DNA of 35,874 nt from assembly GCA_023262645.1 (NCBI GenBank), contig JALRAA010000001.1:1-35874 (forward strand). Reading direction: 5' to 3'. Below are positions 7,632 to 15,674 of the stretch, one piece after another (the stretch's first letter is position 1; every line of letters begins with the position of its first letter). Position numbers and translations under genes: made by a program. The notes beneath the pieces are model-generated. The model saw only the letters and a program-made list of their open reading frames with translations. It was not told where the DNA came from and ran no database searches. This DNA comes from Burkholderiaceae bacterium. GTDB lineage: Bacteria; Pseudomonadota; Gammaproteobacteria; Burkholderiales; Burkholderiaceae_C.

Positions 7632-10211
7632 TGGAAGTCACCCGTATTCGCGCATTGCGCGGCCCCAATTTGTGGACGCGCCACACCGCTATCGAAGCCA
7701 TGGTGCGTTGCGACCCTGGCACAGAAAGTGATCTCAGCGCAGACCAGCAAGCCTTTGAAAAACGCCTGCGCCATCTGTTTCCTGGCTTAGGTCGAATGCA
7801 GCCGGGCGAGCGCGACGCGCGACTCAGCATGGCGCACGCACTCGAAGCCGCGGTGTTGCATTTGCAAATTCAAGCCGGATGCCCTGTGACGTTCAGTCGC
7901 ACCACGCCCACCCCTGAAGAAGGCTTGTTTCAAGTCGTTGTCGAATACTCGGTTGAACAAGTTGGCAAGCTCGCTATGCAATTGGCTGAAAAGTTGTGCG
8001 TCGCCGCCTACACGTCTGGCCCTTTTGATGTCGACGAGGCATTGAAAAGCCTGCGTGAACTCGACGAGGACATTCGTTTAGGGCCCTCGACCGGCGCTAT
8101 CGTTGACGCCGCCTTGGCACGCGGCATTCCCTATCGTCGTCTCTCTGACGCCAGCTTGGTGCAATTTGGTTGGGGCAGCAAGCAACGCCGTATCCAAGCC
8201 GCAGAAACCGACGCCAGCAGTGCCATCGCTGAATCTATTGCGCAAGACAAAGAGCTCAGCAAAAAAATGTTGCAAGCCGCTGGTGTGCCAGTGCCAAGGG
8301 GTCGTCCGGTACACAGCGCTGACGATGCCTGGGCTGCGGCGCAAGAAATTGGCTTGCCGGTGGTGGTCAAGCCCCGCGACGGCAACCAAGGCAAAGGCGT
8401 GGTGGTGAATATCCGCACCCGTGAAGAAGTCATGCAAGCCTACCAAAACGCTCTGGAATACCGCGATGACATCATGGTCGAGAGCTTTCTGCCAGGAAGC
8501 GATTACCGATTGCTGGTGGTCGGCGACCGCATGGTGGCTGCGGCACGCAGAGAACCACCGTTGGTGGTGGGCGATGGCGTGTCCTCTGTTCGTCAACTGG
8601 TTGACAAAGTCAACGCCGACCCGCGCCGTGGTGACGGCCACGCCACCTCACTCACCAAAATTCGGTTTGATGACATCGCCATGGCCCGCCTGAAAGAACA
8701 AGGCTATGACGCCGACAGCGTGCCCCCCAAAGGCGCGCGCGTGGTGTTGCGCAACAACGCCAATTTATCGACCGGCGGAACCGCCACCGATGTCACCGAC
8801 GATGTGCACCCCGAAGTGGCTGCGCGTGCCGTCATGGCCGCGCAAATGGTCGGACTGGATGTCTGCGGGGTGGATGTGGTGTGCGAGTCGGTGCTCAAAC
8901 CCTTGGAAGAACAAAACGGCGGCATTGTGGAAGTGAACGCAGCCCCCGGTCTGCGCATGCATTTACAACCCTCCTTTGGCAAAGGCCGTGATGTGGGCAG
9001 CGCCATCATCGACACCATGTTTGCAGCGGGTCAAGACGGTCGCATTCCTGTGATCGCTGTGACAGGCACCAATGGCAAAACCACCACGGTTCGTTTGTGC
9101 ACCCACCTGCTCAAAACCAGCGGACTGCGTGTGGGCATGACCAATACCGACGGCGTATACGTCAACGGCATGCAACTGGATACGGGTGACTGCAGTGGCC
9201 CGCGCAGCGCCCGCAGCGTTTTGATGCATCCCGATGTGGATGCTGCCGTGCTGGAAACAGCACGCGGCGGTATGTTGCGCGAAGGGTTGGCGTTTGACCG
9301 CTGCCAAGTCGCGGTTGTCACCAACATCGGTGCGGGTGACCACTTGGGCTTGAATTACATCAGCACCGTAGAAGACTTGGCTGTCCTCAAACGCGTCATT
9401 GTGCAAAACGTCTCGCCCCAAGGCATGGCTGTGCTCAACGCCAGCGACCCTATGGTGGCCGCCATGGCAGCGAATTGCCCGGGACAAGTGACCTTTTTTG
9501 CGGTCGATCCGCACCACCCAGTGCTGGCGACGCACCGGGCACAAGGCAAGCGCGTGCTGTATGTGCAAGACGGACATATCGTTGCACAAGAAGGTGCTCA
9601 ACAAGTGCGGATTTCATTGAGCGAAGTGCCTTTGACGCAAAACGATGCCATGACATTTTCAAGTTGAAAATGTCATGGCATCCATCGGCGCGGCTTGGGC
9701 AGTCAATTTGTCTTGGGCCACCATTTGCCAAGGTTTGTCCACTTTCATCAGCGACACACAAGCCGTACCCGGTCGCTTCAACATGTTCAGTTACAAGGGT
9801 GCCACGGTCATTGCGGACTATGGCCACAACCCAGACGCCATCAAAGCGTTGGTGCAAGCTGTTTCCAATTTGCCCGCCAAAGAACGCAGTGTGGTGATCA
9901 GCGGTGCGGGTGACCGGCGTGACGAAGACATACGCGAGCAAACCCGCGTGATCGGAGACGCCTTTGAACGCGTGGTGCTGTTCGAAGACGCTTGCCAACG
10001 AGGGCGAGCCGACGGCGAAGTGATTGCCCTGTTGCGTCAAGGTTTACAGCACGCCAGTTTGACCCGTGATATCGCCGAGATACAAGGTGAGTTCATCGCG
10101 ATCGACCATGCGCTTGAGCAACTCAACCCTGGTGATTTGTGCCTGATACTTATTGATCAAGTGGAAGAGGCATTGGCACACATTGGAAAGCGCGTGGCTG
10201 AGCAGGCTTGA
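7631..10211 (+). pseudogene. cphA: Cyanophycin synthetase CphA with a single +1 frameshift (ORFs 7631-9667 and 9675-10211); 859 aa if one T is removed
   Basis: LRGPNLW, LGPSTG, VVKPRDGNQGKGV, NANLSTGG, EVNAAPGLRMH and P-loop VTGTNGKTTT; the second fragment has PGRFN, DYGHNP, GAGDRRD. Deleting one T from TTTT at 9656-9659 restores …MTFQVENVMAS…. May be a sequencing error rather than a true pseudogene. Confidence 0.88.
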
Positions 10212-10255
10212 CCCAGCTTAGGGCTGGGCGAGATCCCGCTTTGCATTTGCCGTTG

Positions 10256-10477
10256 TTATTTCGTGGGATGTTTACCAGTCAATGTATCCACATGGGTTTT
10301 GACATCATTGATTTCCAACTGAATCAATCTTCCCATTTCAGACAACGCCTCTCGCCTTGTGTCAAAAACTTTTTGAATGACATAACTGTCGGCGGGCAGG
10401 CTTTCAATTTGTTCGTGGGTATAGACATGGTAGAGATCTTGCTGCTCAACCAAATACCAAGTGGCGGTGTTTTTCAT
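10256..10477 (-). CDS. Small hypothetical protein (73 aa)
   Basis: ATG preceded by AAAGG; 20 bp downstream of the co-directional DapA-like gene; plausible globular composition. Confidence 0.6.
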   Translation of the reverse strand: MKNTATWYLVEQQDLYHVYTHEQIESLPADSYVIQKVFDTRREALSEMGRLIQLEINDVKTHVDTLTGKHPTK

Positions 10478-10497
10478 GTCATTGGCCTTTGATGTTT

Positions 10498-11439
10498 TCA
10501 GTAGACATGCGGGTGCAAATTAAATTTCTTGAATGCCTTGGCCAGCTTCTCTTGAGATTCCTGGTTCAAAGGTGACATAGGTGGTCGAACGCGCATCCAA
10601 TCGTTGTCATGGTACATGTTTGACACCAGGTATTTCAAAGAGGGCACCAACGGCATGTGCGCCAGCAATTGGTCAAATTCATTCAGCAAAAGACTGTCGT
10701 CGCCAATCTTGGTGCCCGCCACAGACAGCTTTTTATTGGCGTCTGAAGCGGTCACCACTCTGACCATCAGTTTGGTGATGAGGTTGGCATAACTGGAAAT
10801 ACTTGTGTGTATGCCCATTCCGCTGACCACTTGCGCGTTCATGTCGTTGGTCGTGTAAACCGGAAGCACAGCAGAGAATGACCGGATCCAATCCAAGGTA
10901 TGGCTAGCGTTTGGGCTTTGGTCAATCAGGCCATGAAATTTGTTGGGATGTTTAGTGATCAATTCGTTGATCACCCTGGCATTCAAATCCGTCATCCCAG
11001 GTCCTGCGTGCGAACTCAAATACAGACGCACATTCAGTGTTGCAACCTGCGCAAGAATATGACTGAAAAAATCTATCAGGCCTTGGTCTGTGCAGTCAAA
11101 ACCCGAAACTGGCGGCATCAATATGAAGGCTTGCACGCCTAACGAATGGGCTTGGCGCAGCAAATGCACAGTGTCTGGAATGTTGGAGAAACTGGCGTTG
11201 AGCAACATATCTTGCGCAGAAATTTCTTCTCCAATCAAAAATTTGACCAACTCTAAACGCTCTAACGGTGAAAAAGACTGGCCTTCACCGCATCGGCCAA
11301 AGAGCATCAAACCAGACACACCTTTAGCCGCCAAGGTTTTGACATGGGTTTCCAATTTGGCATGGTTGATGGACAAGTCTTCGTTCAAAGGCATCATCAA
11401 ATCCGCCCATAAACCTTGAAGTTTGACAACGTCAGTCAC
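10498..11439 (-). CDS. Dihydrodipicolinate synthase (DapA/NAL) family protein, catalytically degenerate
   Basis: GLWADLMMPLNEDLSIN, GVSGLMLFGRCGEGQSFS..ER, LIMPP and VRPPMSPL match the DHDPS TIM-barrel pattern. GTG start at 11439 chosen because AAAGGA lies 8 nt upstream; an alternative ATG is at 11466. Confidence 0.8.
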   Translation of the reverse strand: MTDVVKLQGLWADLMMPLNEDLSINHAKLETHVKTLAAKGVSGLMLFGRCGEGQSFSPLERLELVKFLIGEEISAQDMLLNASFSNIPDTVHLLRQAHSLGVQAFILMPPVSGFDCTDQGLIDFFSHILAQVATLNVRLYLSSHAGPGMTDLNARVINELITKHPNKFHGLIDQSPNASHTLDWIRSFSAVLPVYTTNDMNAQVVSGMGIHTSISSYANLITKLMVRVVTASDANKKLSVAGTKIGDDSLLLNEFDQLLAHMPLVPSLKYLVSNMYHDNDWMRVRPPMSPLNQESQEKLAKAFKKFNLHPHVY

Positions 11440-11607
11440 TGTAATTGTCCTTTGCACAACGTGCATGAGTGGTTGATCGTGAACCAAAGATAACCATTCG
11501 GCGACAGGTCTTGCGCAACAAGGCCCGGTCCGTCTGGAATCATAGGTGTATTGACTGACACCGATCCAAGGGTAAATCCCGTACATTGGCCCGATCAGGA
11601 GACCCCC

Positions 11608-12699
11608 ATGGAACGCAGAAAATTTCTCGCCCGCAGCGCCCTGAGCGCAACAGCGGCCACCACCCTCGCCGCCCCTGCCATTGCACAGTCCTCACGACCC
11701 GACTTCCGCTGGCGCTTGGCCTCGAGCTATCCGAAGTCGCTAGACACCATTTACGGCGCGGTTGACATGATGTGCAAACGCGTAGGCGAATTGACCGATG
11801 GAAAATTCAAAATCAGTTTGCATGCCGCCGGTGAATTGCTGCCAGCCTTGCAAGTGCTAGACGGTGTTCAAAACGGCACCATCGAGGCCGGTCACAGCGC
11901 GAGCTATTTTTATATTGGCAAAGATCCCGCATTTGGCTTTGGCACCGCCATACCTTTTGGCATGAACACGCGCGCACAAAACGCGTGGATGTATGTCGGC
12001 GGTGGTATTGAATTACTCAACGAGTTTTATGCCAACTATGGCGTGATGGCCCTGCCTGTGGGCAATACCGGAGCGCAAATGGCGGGTTGGTACCGCAAAG
12101 AAATGAAGACCGTGGCTGATTTCAACGGTTTGAAAATGCGTGTCGGCGGCTTGGCAGGAAAAGTCTTGGCCAAGCTGGGCGTGGTGCCGCAACAGTTGCC
12201 GCCGGGTGACCTGTATGCCGCGCTCGAAAAAGGCGTGATCGATGCCGCAGAATTTGTCGGTCCGGCAGACGACGAACACCTGAGCCTGAACAAAGTTGCC
12301 AAGAACTATTACTACCCCGGATGGTGGGAAGGCTCTGCAACGCTTTCTTTATTCATCAACCAAAAAGCATTTGACGCCTTGCCGACCGACTACAAAGCCA
12401 TTTTGAAAATTGCAGCCGCTGAGGCCAACCAATGGTCTACGGCCAAATACGACGTCACCAACCCAGCGGCCTTGCGACGACTCATCAGCAACGGCGCTCA
12501 ACTCAAACGGTTTTCCCCTGAGATTCTGCAAGCCTGCTACAAGGCGAACCAACAATTCATGGTCGAGATGATCGACGCCAGCCCGGCTTTCAAAAAGATC
12601 CACGGCCCTTGGTCTAAATTCAGAGATGAATTTGTGCTGTGGTCGCAATTCTGCGAAATGCCGTTTGACAATTTGATGGCCTCCGGGCGAAAAGCTTGA
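11608..12699 (+). CDS. TRAP transporter solute-binding protein (DctP family, TakP-like), Tat signal
   Basis: RBS AGGAG; MERRKFL…AAPAIAQ twin-arginine signal; WRLASSYPKSLDTI, GNTGAQMAGW, GLKMRVGG, YYYPGWWE. Confidence 0.92.
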   Translation: MERRKFLARSALSATAATTLAAPAIAQSSRPDFRWRLASSYPKSLDTIYGAVDMMCKRVGELTDGKFKISLHAAGELLPALQVLDGVQNGTIEAGHSASYFYIGKDPAFGFGTAIPFGMNTRAQNAWMYVGGGIELLNEFYANYGVMALPVGNTGAQMAGWYRKEMKTVADFNGLKMRVGGLAGKVLAKLGVVPQQLPPGDLYAALEKGVIDAAEFVGPADDEHLSLNKVAKNYYYPGWWEGSATLSLFINQKAFDALPTDYKAILKIAAAEANQWSTAKYDVTNPAALRRLISNGAQLKRFSPEILQACYKANQQFMVEMIDASPAFKKIHGPWSKFRDEFVLWSQFCEMPFDNLMASGRKA

Positions 12700-12721
12700 A
12701 TGCTGTTTGCGGCGACCGGTT

Positions 12722-15139
12722 TCAAAACCGCCAATATCGTTTGTCTGATTCCCTTTCACAGCTCACTTCCTGCGGCTGATCACTTCGCCAGTGCATGGCA
12801 CCGCATGTCGGTGAATACAACTGGCGTATGCCACGCTGTTGATAGCGTTGCACCACCACCGGTGCAGGGTGACCGTAGCGGTTGCGGTACCCGTGTTGGA
12901 ACAACGCCCAACGCGGTTGCACCGTGTCTATGAATCCTTCAGTCGATGAGGTTTTGCTGCCATGGTGGGGCACCAACAGCACGTCGGCTTTCAATGCATC
13001 ACCCATGCGTTGCAACAACGCCTGCTCCTGCAAGGCTTCAATATCCGCAGTCAGCAACACCGTTTGACCCTGAGCGCGTATGCGCAGCACACAACTTCTG
13101 GCATTGGGGCTGAGCAGCCGTTCGTAATCGCTGGCCATGGGGTGGATGAAATCAAAAACCACGCCATCCCAAACCCAGCCTTCGCCAGCGCTGCATCGTT
13201 GCATTTTTAAACGATGTGACAACCAATGCGCTTGTGTGATGGAAGACCACACCTGCATGGGTGGGTGTTGCGCCACCAGACTCAATGCACCGCCTGTGTG
13301 GTCGCTGTCTTGGTGGCTCAATACCAAGGTGTCTATGCGCTCGTTCATATGCTGCAAGATAGGCAACAACACACGCTGTCCTGCATCGTTGTCCAAGCCA
13401 TATCGCGGGCCGGTGTCAAACATCAGACTGTGCCGCGCGGTTCGCACCCAAACGGCGTTGCCTTGCCCAATGTCTGCAAACAATATTTGCACCGTGCCTT
13501 GCGCAGGCCGGGGCGACTGCCAACACACCATTGCAAGCCAGCTCACTGCCGAGACAAACCGCACCCACCTTTGGCGACTGCCTATCCAAAGTACGCTTCC
13601 CACCAAACCCAACACACCTAACCACACAGGGGGTGCGGCAGTGCGCCAGACAGCCCAAGGCAACCTCGACAAAGGTTCCAGCACTGTCATCAGCACTTGC
13701 AATGTCCAGCCAGCAACCTGCCACAGTGGCGACCACACCACCCCTGCAAATGTCAATGGAGTCACCACCAGCGTGACCCAAGGTATGGCTAACAGATTGA
13801 CGCCTAAGCCCACCAAGCTGACCTGTTGAAACAACCACAAGGTCAGCGGTGTCAATGCCAGCGTTAGCCACCATTGTTCGCGCCAGAGTTGTTGCAACTG
13901 CTTGACCAGCTTGTGCCTCCATGAAGCAACTGGCGTGGCCACAGCGCCAGAAACAGTTGCCTGAGGCGGCATCCAAAACAACATCCCCACCGCCACAAAA
14001 CTCAACCAAAACCCGGGCTGCAGCAACGCCCACGGATCCCACAGACAAACGGCTGCTGCTGCCAAGAGCCAGCGCTCCCACACGGGCCATCGGTAGGCTC
14101 GCCACTGCAGCAGGTTGGCCACTGCCAACATGCACACGGTGCGTTGGGCGGGCACACCCCATCCGCTGAACACTGCATACGCCGCTGCAAAGCACAGGCC
14201 CCCCCATAAACCCGCCTGCCCTGCCGGATAGCGCAAACACCATGAAGGGCCGAACCCATCGCTGCGACGCCAAACGGCAGTGACCAAACGACTGGCCATC
14301 CAAGCCCATAAGGTGATGTGCAAGCCGGAAATACTCATCAAATGGGCAATGCCAGTGAGCCTAAAAACGTCCCAGTCTTTGGCGCTGATACTGGCCTGAT
14401 CACCCAATAGCAAAGCGGCTATTTGACCTGCCCACCGGTTGTCGCTGACTGAACGGTAAATGGACTCTCGGGCGGACTGCCGCCATTGCTCCACCGGATA
14501 GCGCCAAGTACGGCCCAAGGGCTGAGGCCATCGTGACTCGCGCACTTGGCCACTGGCTTGCACGCCTTGCGACCAGAGCCACAGTTCAGTGTCAAAGCCG
14601 CCGGGGTTGACCAAACCATGCGGGCGTTTGAGTCGCACAGGCAAGCGCCAACGCTCTCCCGCCCGCAGCACAGGTAATGCCTTGACCTCGCCATCAAAAC
14701 CGCTGCTGTACCACCCCAAGCTGAGCGCGTGCGGCAACTCGACCGCACTGTCATCGTCCTGCCGCTCGGCGTGCTCGACATGAAAAGTAAAACGTACCCC
14801 ATCCACCCGGGTTTGGGGCATTTCTGCCACCACACCTGTCACCCACACATCGATGCCTTCAAGCACAGGTGACAAAGTTTGTTGTTGGAAATACGCCGCA
14901 CGCACACCGGTGAGCGCAAAGGCCACGCCCGCCACACAGACCATGCGAAAACCCACCGACCAAACAGACCCTGTCGCGGTGCGAAGAGGCAACCGTTGTC
15001 CGCAACACCACATGCATGCGCAGACCGCCAACAAGGTGGTGTAGTGCCCACGCGACCACAGAACAGGTTGAAATAGTTGGAGAAACGTACCCAGCGACCA
15101 GGCCAGCAAACCAGGGGCTGGCCCGCCAAGTGCGCGCAT
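12722..15139 (-). CDS. comEC: DNA internalization competence protein ComEC/Rec2
   Basis: NPGGFD, GIAHLMSISGLH, GFWLSF; C-terminal metallo-beta-lactamase domain (DIGQG, SHQDSDHTGG, TADIE, VPHHGS, NRYGHP). Start uncertain. Confidence 0.93.
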   Translation of the reverse strand: MRALGGPAPGLLAWSLGTFLQLFQPVLWSRGHYTTLLAVCACMWCCGQRLPLRTATGSVWSVGFRMVCVAGVAFALTGVRAAYFQQQTLSPVLEGIDVWVTGVVAEMPQTRVDGVRFTFHVEHAERQDDDSAVELPHALSLGWYSSGFDGEVKALPVLRAGERWRLPVRLKRPHGLVNPGGFDTELWLWSQGVQASGQVRESRWPQPLGRTWRYPVEQWRQSARESIYRSVSDNRWAGQIAALLLGDQASISAKDWDVFRLTGIAHLMSISGLHITLWAWMASRLVTAVWRRSDGFGPSWCLRYPAGQAGLWGGLCFAAAYAVFSGWGVPAQRTVCMLAVANLLQWRAYRWPVWERWLLAAAAVCLWDPWALLQPGFWLSFVAVGMLFWMPPQATVSGAVATPVASWRHKLVKQLQQLWREQWWLTLALTPLTLWLFQQVSLVGLGVNLLAIPWVTLVVTPLTFAGVVWSPLWQVAGWTLQVLMTVLEPLSRLPWAVWRTAAPPVWLGVLGLVGSVLWIGSRQRWVRFVSAVSWLAMVCWQSPRPAQGTVQILFADIGQGNAVWVRTARHSLMFDTGPRYGLDNDAGQRVLLPILQHMNERIDTLVLSHQDSDHTGGALSLVAQHPPMQVWSSITQAHWLSHRLKMQRCSAGEGWVWDGVVFDFIHPMASDYERLLSPNARSCVLRIRAQGQTVLLTADIEALQEQALLQRMGDALKADVLLVPHHGSKTSSTEGFIDTVQPRWALFQHGYRNRYGHPAPVVVQRYQQRGIRQLYSPTCGAMHWRSDQPQEVSCERESDKRYWRF

Positions 15140-15200
15140 GCCTGTCCTTTCAAGTCTGCCGGATACTTACCGCACAGACATCCCACTCTAGCGGTGGGAA

Positions 15201-15629
15201 TCAGGAATCGGCGTTAGTGCAAATTTGTTTTTTCAAGAGCGACAGGTACGAACCCGGACGGATGGCGGCATCTCGCGGACGCCAATCAGCGGACTCGTAA
15301 AACGCCACTTCACGGCCTTTGCCATCGGGTTTGGCATAAAAGCTTTCGGACAGTTTGACAAACGAATCCGTTTTGCAGTTGATGCGCCAGCGGGCCATGG
15401 ACGACTGGTATTCCTCGCCATTGGGTGCTTTCACTCCCTTGGCCGTCACCAAGGTCATGGTCCACGCAATCCGGCTGACGTGAACGGCACGCACCGAGTC
15501 TTTGTCCCAGACATACGTGATGTCATCGTCTTTCATCAACTCGGCCCATTCGGCTTGCGCGTTACCAACGGCTGCGCCCAACAGACACCATACCGTGAGA
15601 AAACAGCGAATGAAAGAAAACGATTTCAT
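15201..15629 (-). CDS. Secreted protein resembling the surface-adhesin E family
   Basis: Signal peptide (…GNAQA|EW); pattern W…Y.DKDSV…AW…YQSS…INC…Y…G.G…W…I.PGS…C recalled for this family. Confidence 0.6.
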   Translation of the reverse strand: MKSFSFIRCFLTVWCLLGAAVGNAQAEWAELMKDDDITYVWDKDSVRAVHVSRIAWTMTLVTAKGVKAPNGEEYQSSMARWRINCKTDSFVKLSESFYAKPDGKGREVAFYESADWRPRDAAIRPGSYLSLLKKQICTNADS

Positions 15630-15674
15630 GCCAGAAAGATCGACCCCAAACCCCCAAACTTGATAACCATCCTG

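Noticed and set aside
9675-10211. 178-aa ORF as an independent gene
   Set aside because: It is the C-terminal Mur-ligase portion of cphA beyond the frameshift.
11495-11516. Possible sigma54 promoter (CGGCGACAGGTCTTGC) upstream of the TRAP gene
   Set aside because: GG-to-GC spacing is 11 nt rather than the required 10.
10498-11586. Calling the 362-aa ORF a second dapA, with start at 11586
   Set aside because: Catalytic residues are missing, and the upstream extension overlaps the divergent promoter region; the RBS supports GTG 11439.
15181-15199. TCCCAC-N7-GTGGGA inverted repeat between the adhesin-like gene and comEC
   Set aside because: 6-bp stem without a U-tract; could be a weak terminator or operator but not supportable.
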